A DNA stretch of 64,000 nt from assembly GCA_044221725.1 (NCBI GenBank), contig JBGAON010000002.1, positions 403,000 to 466,999 of the forward strand. The letters are read 5' to 3'. The position numbers and the translations under genes were made by a program. Below the pieces are notes generated by a model that saw nothing but the letters and a program-made list of their open reading frames with translations, was not told where the DNA came from and did not search any database. Shown here piece by piece: positions 1-8,226 of this stretch. The DNA comes from Elusimicrobiota bacterium. Lineage in GTDB: Bacteria > Elusimicrobiota > Elusimicrobia > F11. Numbering within the stretch: the first letter of the stretch is position 1; each line of letters starts with the position of its first letter.

Positions 1-62
1 CAGTTGGTTAGAGTACTTCCTTGACATGGAAGGGGTCAGAGGTTCGAATCCTCTACCGCGCA
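1..62 (+). tRNA. tRNA-Val (anticodon GAC), 5' end cut by window edge
   Basis: Window opens in the D-loop (cagttggttagag). Anticodon stem cttcc/ggaag with 7-nt loop ttgacat gives anticodon GAC. T-arm agagg-ttcgaat-cctct, acceptor 3' strand accgcgc, discriminator A. No encoded CCA. Confidence 0.7.
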
Positions 63-78
63 CCCTTCGCACTAGAAC

Positions 79-1836
79 ATGACAACCCAAACAGATTCCA
101 AAGCCGAGTACCTTTACAAACTCCGTCACTCCGCGGCGCACGTGCTTGCGCAGGCGGTGAAAGAGTTATTTCCCGATACCAAACTAACGATAGGTCCGCC
201 CACCGACGACGGTTTCTATTACGATTTTGATAGTCCGCATCGCTTTGTCCCCGAAGATTTGGAAGCAATCGAAAAAAAGATGCGTTTCAACCTCCGCACG
301 AATCAAAAATTTCTTGGCCGCGAGGTTTCACGGGCCGAAGCGCGCGACTATTGGGAAAAGAAAGGCGAAAAGTTCAAAGTTGAGATCATCGACGACCTTC
401 CGGCGGACGCAAAAATTACGCTCTACCAACACGGCGACTTCACGGATCTCTGCAAAGGGAATCACTTGGATGAAACCAAGGACATCAAGTGGTTCAAACT
501 GATGAAAATCGCCGGTGCGTATTGGCGTGGAGATGAGAAGCGGGAGCAGCTGCAGCGCATTTACGGAACCGTTTGGCCCACCGAACAAGAACTGAAAGAT
601 CATCTCACGCAGATCGAAGAAGCAAAGAAACGCGATCATCGGGAGCTCGGCCCCCGTCTCGGACTGTTTTCCATTCATCCGGATGAAGTGGGAAGCGGTC
701 TCGTTCTTTGGCATCCAAAAGGCGCGTTGGTTCGCCATCTGATTGAAAATTATTTGAAAGATTTGCATTTGAAACACGGGTACCAAATGGCCGTGTCGCC
801 GCACATTGGGTTGTCCAATTTGTGGCAGACGAGCGGTCACTTGGGTTTCTACAAAGAGAACATGTTCGAGGCGATGAAAGTAGAGAACCAGTCGTACTTC
901 GTTAAACCGATGACGTGCCCGTTCCATATCACGATTTACAAATCCGATCTGCACAGTTACCGCGAGCTTCCAATTCGGCTTTATGAACACGGAACGGTTT
1001 ATCGTTACGAACGCAGCGGTGTGCTGCATGGAATGTTACGTGTGCGTGGTTTCACGCAAGACGATACGCATATCTTCTGCCGCTTTGATCAACTGCAGGA
1101 AGAAATTCGAAATGTGCTATTGCTCGCGAAGCAAATCCTCAATGATTTTGGTTTCACGAACTACGAAGTGAAACTTTCGACGCGTCCCGAAAAATTTGTT
1201 GGCGAGGTGAAACATTGGGACGAAGCCGAGAAATTCTTGTCGGCGGCCATGCGCGATGCCGGATTTGCTTTCGACGTTGATCCCGGGGAAGGTACGTTTT
1301 ACGGTCCGAAGATCGATTTAAAGATCAAAGATTCGATCGGCCGGAAATGGCAGTGTTCAACGGTGCAATTGGATTTCAATTTGCCGGAACGTTTTCAAGC
1401 AACGTACCGCAACGAAGAAGGAAAAGATACGCAGGTCATCATGATCCATCGCGCCATTTTGGGATCCATTGAAAGATTTTTCGGTATTCTCGTCGAACAT
1501 TATGCTGGCGCGTTTCCCGTGTGGCTCGCGCCCGTGCAAGTGGCGGTGCTACCGATTTCTGACAAGCAAGTTTCGTACGCCGCCGGCATTGTGAAGGCGT
1601 TAAAAGAAAAAGGCTTTCGCGCGGAGCTGCGCGCCGAAAACGAAAAGATCGGCGCCAAAATCCGAACGGCCACGTTGGAGAAAATTCCCTATATGGCGGT
1701 TGTTGGGGAGAAGGAAATGGCGGCGGGAGCGGTTGCGATCCGCACGCGATCCGGTAAAGACTTGGGTGCCATTTCGCTCGCCAAATTCGAAGAGCAACTC
1801 GCCTCAGACATCACGACCAAAGCCAGCCAACAGTAA
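79..1836 (+). CDS. thrS: threonyl-tRNA synthetase (begins at the editing-domain region; no TGS domain)
   Basis: 585-aa ORF. RHSAAHVLAQA near the N-terminus aligns to roughly residue 70 of E. coli ThrRS; class II catalytic core and anticodon-binding domain follow. Starts 16 nt after the tRNA-Val. Confidence 0.95.
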   Translation: MTTQTDSKAEYLYKLRHSAAHVLAQAVKELFPDTKLTIGPPTDDGFYYDFDSPHRFVPEDLEAIEKKMRFNLRTNQKFLGREVSRAEARDYWEKKGEKFKVEIIDDLPADAKITLYQHGDFTDLCKGNHLDETKDIKWFKLMKIAGAYWRGDEKREQLQRIYGTVWPTEQELKDHLTQIEEAKKRDHRELGPRLGLFSIHPDEVGSGLVLWHPKGALVRHLIENYLKDLHLKHGYQMAVSPHIGLSNLWQTSGHLGFYKENMFEAMKVENQSYFVKPMTCPFHITIYKSDLHSYRELPIRLYEHGTVYRYERSGVLHGMLRVRGFTQDDTHIFCRFDQLQEEIRNVLLLAKQILNDFGFTNYEVKLSTRPEKFVGEVKHWDEAEKFLSAAMRDAGFAFDVDPGEGTFYGPKIDLKIKDSIGRKWQCSTVQLDFNLPERFQATYRNEEGKDTQVIMIHRAILGSIERFFGILVEHYAGAFPVWLAPVQVAVLPISDKQVSYAAGIVKALKEKGFRAELRAENEKIGAKIRTATLEKIPYMAVVGEKEMAAGAVAIRTRSGKDLGAISLAKFEEQLASDITTKASQQ

Positions 1837-1866
1837 TACGTCGTGCCCGCCCTCGTGGGACGGCGG

Positions 1867-2772
1867 CTACAACCAGTCGGTCAAAGAGATTCCGATGCTC
1901 AGTCGATTGTTGGGATGGTTGTAATCCATCAAGCATTCACCGTATCCGTTGAAGTATTGAATGTAACCGTAGAGGACCTTTGTCATCGGAAAGCTCATGT
2001 TCGCCTCAATCGCGCCTTTGTTTCCTTTTGATCTCAGATTGTTTCGAAGCATGGCCGAATAAACAACGTGACGGTGCATGTACGCCCAGCGTAATTCTCC
2101 ATATCCATAGTACTTGTCAATGTCGGGATTATCATCCGTTTCCGTTGATTCCGGTAGGCGGTACCAGGGTTTGATATCGATGTAACTGTTCGCCCAATCA
2201 AACAGAAAATGGGCATAGATTCGGTTCCAGCTGCGCGACAAGTGTTCTTCGCGACCGTTTGATTGGTGAACCGCGCCGATACCAATCACGCGATTATGGA
2301 AGAAACGCCCGAGTTGATTGTTCGTATCGAAATCCAAGAAGAATTCGGGTTCGTAATTCGTGTCACGAAATGGTGACGACAGCTCCTTATTATAGACCTG
2401 CCACATTGACAGCTGTGTATAACCGAAGAAGAAATGCCCGCGGCCCTGCATAATGTCCGGAATCAGGCGAATTTTAAGACTAAGTTGGAATTTTGCTTCG
2501 AGGTAATCCATTTTTTGGGTATCACCGCTCGGAAGCAATACCGGATTTGGATTTGTGTTATAGGACAACGGCAATATGTAAGTGGGCTTGTAGGGCAGAA
2601 CGAAGATTCCGTCATCTACCCAGCGGCTTAGTTTCTCCATGCGGCGATCATAAACAGTGGGCTCACTGGGAATTGCGGGCGGAACGAACAGTGCCATCAT
2701 CGTGGTAGCGAAAAAAATCTTTTGGAATAGTTTTTTGCTGGTGTTGCGATTTTTGATAAGTTCCCGACCCAT
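1867..2772 (-). CDS. pldA: outer-membrane phospholipase A (OMPLA)-like protein
   Basis: 301-aa ORF with hydrophobic N-terminus. GAVHQSNGREEHLSRSWNRIY matches the OMPLA HxSNG catalytic motif and the following SRSWNR block as I recall them. Confidence 0.7.
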   Translation of the reverse strand: MGRELIKNRNTSKKLFQKIFFATTMMALFVPPAIPSEPTVYDRRMEKLSRWVDDGIFVLPYKPTYILPLSYNTNPNPVLLPSGDTQKMDYLEAKFQLSLKIRLIPDIMQGRGHFFFGYTQLSMWQVYNKELSSPFRDTNYEPEFFLDFDTNNQLGRFFHNRVIGIGAVHQSNGREEHLSRSWNRIYAHFLFDWANSYIDIKPWYRLPESTETDDNPDIDKYYGYGELRWAYMHRHVVYSAMLRNNLRSKGNKGAIEANMSFPMTKVLYGYIQYFNGYGECLMDYNHPNNRLSIGISLTDWL

Positions 2773-2836
2773 TCGTCACACACAATATTTTTTTTCCATA
2801 AATACACCAAGAAGATAGAAAGAGGGGGACCTCCAG

Positions 2837-3442
2837 ATGAAAAGATACACATTGATGTTGTTTGTTCTCGTCACCGGCTTCGCGGCAGCCATTGCGCGCG
2901 CGGACTGGGGACATGGATTGGGCGGAGAATGCAAGACCAATACGGTCAATATCTACCAACAATCCGGTTGGGCGTGCACCGGCGCCAAGGCCGTTGTTCA
3001 GCAGACCAAAGTCGAAACACCTGCGGCGGCACCTGTTGTCGCTGCTCCGGCACAAACCGAACCGGCAAAAGTTGTCGCGGCACCGGTAGCCGTTCCGGAA
3101 AAGAAATGGGTGCTTGAAGGCGTTCAGTTTGAGTCCGGCTCGGACAAATTAAAACCGGAAAGCCAGGCATCGTTGGATAAAGCCGCGGAGATTCTGAAGG
3201 CCCATAACAATGTGACCATTGAAATCCAAGGACACACCGACAGCACGGGCAAGGCCGCGTACAACGAATCCCTTTCTCAAAAGCGTGCCCAAGCGGTCAA
3301 AAAATATTTGACCGATCAGGGTGTTTCCGAGCAACGTATGGAAGCGCGCGGATACGGCCAAGCTCTTCCGATCGCAGACAATGCCACTCCCGCCGGCCGT
3401 GCGGAAAACCGTCGAATCGAATTCAAAGTTTTGAGCCGTTAA
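2837..3442 (+). CDS. OmpA-family peptidoglycan-associated protein
   Basis: Signal peptide, Ala/Pro-rich linker, C-terminal OmpA-like domain (NVTIEIQGHTDSTG...NRRIEF). GGAGG-type RBS upstream. Confidence 0.8.
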   Translation: MKRYTLMLFVLVTGFAAAIARADWGHGLGGECKTNTVNIYQQSGWACTGAKAVVQQTKVETPAAAPVVAAPAQTEPAKVVAAPVAVPEKKWVLEGVQFESGSDKLKPESQASLDKAAEILKAHNNVTIEIQGHTDSTGKAAYNESLSQKRAQAVKKYLTDQGVSEQRMEARGYGQALPIADNATPAGRAENRRIEFKVLSR

Positions 3443-3458
3443 TTCAATTCAAACCAAT

Positions 3459-3501
3459 GGCGGTCATTCACGTATGAAAGTGAGTGACCGCCTTGTTTTT
3501 T
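3459..3501 (+). terminator. Rho-independent terminator after the ompA-like gene
   Basis: Near-perfect 13-bp stem (ggcggtcattcac / gtgagtgaccgcc, one mismatch) followed by ttgtttttt. Confidence 0.55.
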
Positions 3502-3518
3502 GGAATGCGAATAGGCAA

Positions 3519-3547
3519 TTGACAGTCCCGTCGAGCGTTGTTACACT
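3519..3547 (+). promoter_or_regulatory. candidate sigma70 promoter for the infC-rpmI-rplT-pheST operon
   Basis: TTGACA at 3519-3524, 17-nt spacer, TACACT at 3542-3547. Predicted from sequence only. Confidence 0.4.
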
Positions 3548-3584
3548 CGCGTTCTTAATTTTTTAATAGCAACAGGAGGAGAGC

Positions 3585-4106
3585 ATCGCCAAACCGCCAT
3601 TAGCCAGGATTAACCACGCCATTCGCGTACCCCAAGTTAGACTTATCAATGAACGAGGAGAGATGGTCGGAGTAAAGACCATACAAGAAGCTTTAAAAAT
3701 GGCCGAAGACGCTGGCTATGATCTCATCGAAATCGCTCCAGCCGTAAGTCCACCTGTTTGCAAGCTTGGAAACTTTTCCAAGTTCCTTTACGAAAAAGAG
3801 AAAAAGTTAAAGGAAGCTCGCAAGAATCGTGGCGGCGGTCAGGTCAAAGAAATTCGGATTCGTCCGAAAATCGGCGAACACGACTTGATGGTGAAGATCA
3901 ATGCCATTACGAAGTTTTTGAAGGAACACCACAAGGTTCGCGTTAGTTTTGTTTTTATGGGCCGTGAAATGGAACACAGAGAGATCGGCCAGAAGATGCT
4001 CGAGAAGATTGAGCAGCAAGTCGATGGGGTTGGAGTTGTGGAACAACGGCCTCAGATGTACGGAAACAGAATGATCACGATTTTTGTGCCTCATTTGAAA
4101 GGATAA
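3585..4106 (+). CDS. infC: translation initiation factor IF-3 (non-AUG start)
   Basis: The open frame begins after a TAG at 3567-3569. Residues upstream of the first ATG (3663) read ARINHAIRVPQVRLINERGE and align with the E. coli IF-3 N-terminus. Likely start is ATC 3585 (after aggagga) or ATT 3609; the exact start is uncertain. Confidence 0.85.
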   Translation: MAKPPLARINHAIRVPQVRLINERGEMVGVKTIQEALKMAEDAGYDLIEIAPAVSPPVCKLGNFSKFLYEKEKKLKEARKNRGGGQVKEIRIRPKIGEHDLMVKINAITKFLKEHHKVRVSFVFMGREMEHREIGQKMLEKIEQQVDGVGVVEQRPQMYGNRMITIFVPHLKG

Positions 4107-4110
4107 GAAA

Positions 4111-4308
4111 ATGCCAAAACTGAAGTCACATAGCGGAAGCAAAAAACGTTTTAAGATCACAGCGCGCGGAAAAGTGATGCACAAGCGCGCCGGCGCTCGA
4201 CACTTGCTGCAAGGCATGTCGTCCAGCCGCAGCCGGCAGTTGCGTCGCCCCGATGCGTTGACGAACCAGCAAGCGCGCGTCATCAAAGCACTTTTACCCT
4301 ACGGATAG
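4111..4308 (+). CDS. rpmI: 50S ribosomal protein L35
   Basis: 65-aa basic protein MPKLKSHSGSKKRFK..., classic L35 N-terminus; sits between infC and rplT. Confidence 0.9.
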   Translation: MPKLKSHSGSKKRFKITARGKVMHKRAGARHLLQGMSSSRSRQLRRPDALTNQQARVIKALLPYG

Positions 4309-4414
4309 GAAAAGCGTCATCCTGGCAATCTTTTAGCCAGGATCCACTTAACTTAAGAATAAATGGACCCGGGATTGAGACATTCCGGGGGGACGAAATA
4401 AAAGGAAAAAAATT

Positions 4415-4780
4415 ATGAGAACAAGAAGCGTAACATACACCCGTCAACGAAAGAAAAAACATTACCGTCGCGCCAAAGGCGCCTACGCGACCAAAAAGAA
4501 TCGCTGGAGAATGGTAAAGCAACATCTGCGAAAAGTGGGTGTTTATTCGTACGTTGGACGCAAAGATCGTAAATCGGATTTCCGAAGCCTTTGGATTATG
4601 CGCATCAACGCCGCGGCCCGCGAGCTCGGTGGCTTAACATATTCGCAAATGATCAGTGGTCTCAAAGCCGCGAACATCGCCGTGGATCGCAAAATTCTTG
4701 CCGATCTCGCCGTGAACGACACGCAGTCGTTTAGCGACTTGGCCGCAATTGCCAAAGAAAACCAAAAAGCTGCCGCATAA
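4415..4780 (+). CDS. rplT: 50S ribosomal protein L20
   Basis: 121 aa; LWIMRINAAARE...IAVDRKILADLAV matches the L20 core. Confidence 0.9.
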   Translation: MRTRSVTYTRQRKKKHYRRAKGAYATKKNRWRMVKQHLRKVGVYSYVGRKDRKSDFRSLWIMRINAAARELGGLTYSQMISGLKAANIAVDRKILADLAVNDTQSFSDLAAIAKENQKAAA

Positions 4781-4798
4781 GGTTTCTCGTTTGGCCAC

Positions 4799-5860
4799 AT
4801 GGCCCAACCTTTGCCGGAGATAGACCTCCAATCGATTGAAAAAGACGCGCTCGATGCTCTCGAGCGCGTTTCTTCGTTGCCTGACGTTGATGCGTTGCAC
4901 GCCCGTTTCTTGGGCCGCAAAGATGGTCAATTGACGTCTGTTCTGCGCAATCTCGCAACACTTCCACCCGAAGAGAAAAAGCGCGTCGGTCAGGAAGCCA
5001 ACCGTATTCGCACCGTTCTCGAGGAAAAAATCTCGGCCAAGCAAAGTTCGTTGCGAGCGGCTGCGCTTTCCGCCAATCTCGAGAAAGAACAGGTCGATCT
5101 CACTTTGCCCGGTACGCCGGTGCAACGTGGACATTCGCATCCGATCCTCAAGACGATTCGAGAAATTACCAGCATCTTTAAAAACATCGGTTTCGATGTT
5201 GCCGAAGGTCCCGAACTTGAGAGCGATCAATTTAATTTTACCGATCTGAATATTCCCGAGAACCATCCGGCGCGCGACATGCACGACACGTTCTATCTGG
5301 ACGGGCAAAAACTTTTGTTGCGCACGCACACCTCTCCCGTCCAAATTCGTGTAATGAAAGAAACGAAGCCACCGATTCGTTTGATATCACCGGGCCGCGT
5401 GTTTCGTCACGAAGCCACCGACGCCACCCACGCTGCAATCTTTCACCAGGTTGAAGGACTGGTCGTCGCCGAAGGTGTGACTTTTGGAGACTTAAAAGGA
5501 TTGCTCACGTACTTTGCGGAGAAATATTTTGGCCCGGCGACCAAAGTTCGCTTTATGCCGAGCTACTTTCCGTTTGTTGAACCTGGTGCGCAAATGGACG
5601 TGCAATGTTTCATGTGTCACGGCTCCCGAAAGACCGGAAACGGACAGAATTGCCCGCTTTGCAAAGCGACCGGATGGATTGAAATGCTGGGCGCCGGAAT
5701 GGTGCATCCGCAGGTTTTGCGAAATGTCGGTTACGACGCTGAGAAGTATACAGGTCTCGCGTTTGGCATGGGCGTGGAGCGGATTATGATGACGCGTTCG
5801 GAAATTCGGGACATTCGGTACTTTCTGGAATCTGATTTGCGTTTCTTGGAGCAGTTTTAA
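4799..5860 (+). CDS. pheS: phenylalanyl-tRNA synthetase alpha subunit
   Basis: 353 aa; FPFVEPGAQMDV...GWIEMLGAGMVHPQVL...AFGMGVERI class II motifs. Stop overlaps the pheT start (TAATG). Confidence 0.95.
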   Translation: MAQPLPEIDLQSIEKDALDALERVSSLPDVDALHARFLGRKDGQLTSVLRNLATLPPEEKKRVGQEANRIRTVLEEKISAKQSSLRAAALSANLEKEQVDLTLPGTPVQRGHSHPILKTIREITSIFKNIGFDVAEGPELESDQFNFTDLNIPENHPARDMHDTFYLDGQKLLLRTHTSPVQIRVMKETKPPIRLISPGRVFRHEATDATHAAIFHQVEGLVVAEGVTFGDLKGLLTYFAEKYFGPATKVRFMPSYFPFVEPGAQMDVQCFMCHGSRKTGNGQNCPLCKATGWIEMLGAGMVHPQVLRNVGYDAEKYTGLAFGMGVERIMMTRSEIRDIRYFLESDLRFLEQF

Positions 5861-8226
5861 TGAAAGTCAGTTTTAACTGGCTTAAAGAGCTCGTGGAGCT
5901 TCCGTGGTCCGTTGAAGAAACGGCGGGCAAGCTTGCCGAATTGGGATTTCCAGTCGAGTCCATTGCAACGGTGGGTGTTTCTGTCTCGAATGTCGTGTCG
6001 GTCAAAATCGTATCGGTTGCGCGGCATCCGAACGCCGATCGGTTGCAAATTGCGCAGGTTACCGATGGAAAAAACGAGCGCACGATTGTTTGCGGCGCGC
6101 CCAATATTGCCGTGGGACAAATCGTTCCATGCGCGATGCCGGGCGCCAAACTTCCCGGCGGAATTGAAATTGTCGTTTCGAAGATTCGAGGCGTGGAGTC
6201 CAATGGCATGTTGTGCTCGGAGCGTGAGTTGGCGTTGTCCACCGAGCACGCCGGCATCCTGCAATTACCGGCCAACGCTCCGCTCGGCCGCGAAGTAAAA
6301 GAAATTTTGGGTTCCGACACTGTTCTCGATATTGAAATCACACCCAATCGTCCCGATCTTATGAGCCACATCGGCGTTGCCCGGGAACTGGCCGTGTTGG
6401 CGGGGCAGCCGCTTAGACTGCCCACGACAGCGTATAAAGCCGCGACGAAGGGAACCGTCTTCGACATAAAGATCGAGGAGCCAAAGCTTTGTTCGCGCTA
6501 CACCGGAAAGCTCATTCATGGTGTGAAAATCGGTCCGTCTCCGTCGTGGATGGTTGAACGGCTTAAAGCTTGCGGAATTCGCTCCATCAACAATGTTGTG
6601 GATATCACCAATTACGTGCTACTCGAATGGGGGCATCCTCTGCATGCGTTTGATGTGAAAAAAATCAAAGGCGAGAAGCTTGTTGTGCGCCGAGCGAAAC
6701 CAGCGGAACGTTTTTTGGCGCTGGACGAGAAAACATACGAACTACGCCCGAACGATTTGGTGATCTCGGATGTCGAAGACGCGGTGGCGATTGCCGGTGT
6801 CATGGGCGGACAATTAAGCGGAGTGACGAACGCAACGACCGACCTGTTGCTCGAAAGTGCCGTCTTTGATCGCGTCGCGGTGCGGGAGACATCTCGGCGC
6901 TTGGCATTGCGCAGTGAGAGTTCAATTCGTTTCGAGAAGGGAACCGATCCGGAAACGGCCGATGCGGCATCGGAGCGCGCGGCGTCGTTGATTTTGGAAT
7001 TGGCCGGCGGAGCAGCGGGACGATCAACGGATGTGTATCCAGTAAAACAAAAGAAAAACACGGTCGTTCTTCGTAAAAAACGTATGAACGATTTGATAGG
7101 CGCTCCGCAGAAAGACGCGGCGGTCGCGAAAATTCTCAAATCAATGAACCTGGATCCAAAAGCGACAACCGGCGGTTGGAAATGCACGGTGCCCGCTTAT
7201 CGTAAAGATTTGGTGGAAGAAGTGGATCTCATTGAAGAAGTTGTGCGCATGATCGGCTACAACAATGTCCCTACCGCGGCGTCGAGTGTGATCTTGGGAA
7301 ACATGACAAACACCTACAAAAAATGGGACGAAGGTCGACTCGTCGATTTTCTGCAGGGTTGCGGACTTACCGAGACAATTACGTCGAGCTTTTGTTTGCC
7401 AGAATTGGCGGGTCTCGCCGGCGCGCGAGCCGATCAATTGGCCATGCTCGCCAATCCGCTATCGAAAGAGGAAGCGATTCTGCGCCCAAATTTGTTGGCG
7501 AATTTGCTTAAAGCCGTACAGCGCAATCTTAATTATCAACAAGACTCCGTGCGGCTTTTCGAGACCGGTCACGTGTTCACTAAAATTTCGGAGAGCGAGG
7601 TGCGAGAGGAAAAACGTCTGGCCGGAGTTTTGTGTGGATTCGCGACGCCAAAGGCATGGAACGCTGCGGCAAAAGAGGTGGATGTATTCGCGTTAAAAGG
7701 AATCCTCGAAGAATTGTTTCGAGTGTTCCGCATCAAAGCGGAGTTGATTCCATCAGCGAAATCCAATTTGTTTCATCCCTATCAAGCGTTCGATATCTCC
7801 TGGCGCGGAAAGCGCGTGGGCCAAGCGGGGGTGCTGCACCCAAACATAAAACAGCAACTGGATATCACTCCGGCCTGCGCGGCCTTCGAAATCGACATGC
7901 AGATATTTCAATCGGAGTCGGTGGACAAAACGGTTCCGTTGCCACGTTATCCGTTCGTTGAACGCGATATCGCTGTCATCATCGGAAAAGAAAAGTTGTG
8001 GGCCGATATTTCTCGCACCGTTTCAAAGGCGGGTGGCGCATGGCTCAAAGATGTTTTCCCGTTCGATCTTTTTGAAGGCGGATCGCTTACGCCGGATCAA
8101 AAAAGCATCGCTTTCCGTGTCCGGCTGCAACATCCGGAACACACGCTCTCCGAATCCGAAATCACAGGCACGATTGACGCGATAAAGAACGCGCTCAAGG
8201 CCAATTGTGGCGCCCAGCTCCGCTGA
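5860..8226 (+). CDS. pheT: phenylalanyl-tRNA synthetase beta subunit
   Basis: 788 aa; N-terminal MKVSFNWLKELV is typical of PheT; size and position after pheS. Confidence 0.95.
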   Translation: MKVSFNWLKELVELPWSVEETAGKLAELGFPVESIATVGVSVSNVVSVKIVSVARHPNADRLQIAQVTDGKNERTIVCGAPNIAVGQIVPCAMPGAKLPGGIEIVVSKIRGVESNGMLCSERELALSTEHAGILQLPANAPLGREVKEILGSDTVLDIEITPNRPDLMSHIGVARELAVLAGQPLRLPTTAYKAATKGTVFDIKIEEPKLCSRYTGKLIHGVKIGPSPSWMVERLKACGIRSINNVVDITNYVLLEWGHPLHAFDVKKIKGEKLVVRRAKPAERFLALDEKTYELRPNDLVISDVEDAVAIAGVMGGQLSGVTNATTDLLLESAVFDRVAVRETSRRLALRSESSIRFEKGTDPETADAASERAASLILELAGGAAGRSTDVYPVKQKKNTVVLRKKRMNDLIGAPQKDAAVAKILKSMNLDPKATTGGWKCTVPAYRKDLVEEVDLIEEVVRMIGYNNVPTAASSVILGNMTNTYKKWDEGRLVDFLQGCGLTETITSSFCLPELAGLAGARADQLAMLANPLSKEEAILRPNLLANLLKAVQRNLNYQQDSVRLFETGHVFTKISESEVREEKRLAGVLCGFATPKAWNAAAKEVDVFALKGILEELFRVFRIKAELIPSAKSNLFHPYQAFDISWRGKRVGQAGVLHPNIKQQLDITPACAAFEIDMQIFQSESVDKTVPLPRYPFVERDIAVIIGKEKLWADISRTVSKAGGAWLKDVFPFDLFEGGSLTPDQKSIAFRVRLQHPEHTLSESEITGTIDAIKNALKANCGAQLR

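Noticed and set aside
328-1029. 233-aa minus-strand ORF inside thrS, and similar long antisense ORFs (4634-5344, 5784-6467, 6612-7187, 61811-62398, 62483-63439)
   Set aside because: Each lies antisense to a gene with strong, recognisable motifs (thrS, pheS, pheT, secA); they have low-complexity Arg/Ser-rich composition and no motifs. Treated as antisense artefacts.
5580-5700. Cys-rich insertion CxxC...CxxC in PheS
   Set aside because: A similar zinc-ribbon-like insertion occurs in many bacterial PheS proteins (for example Bacillus type); not unusual.
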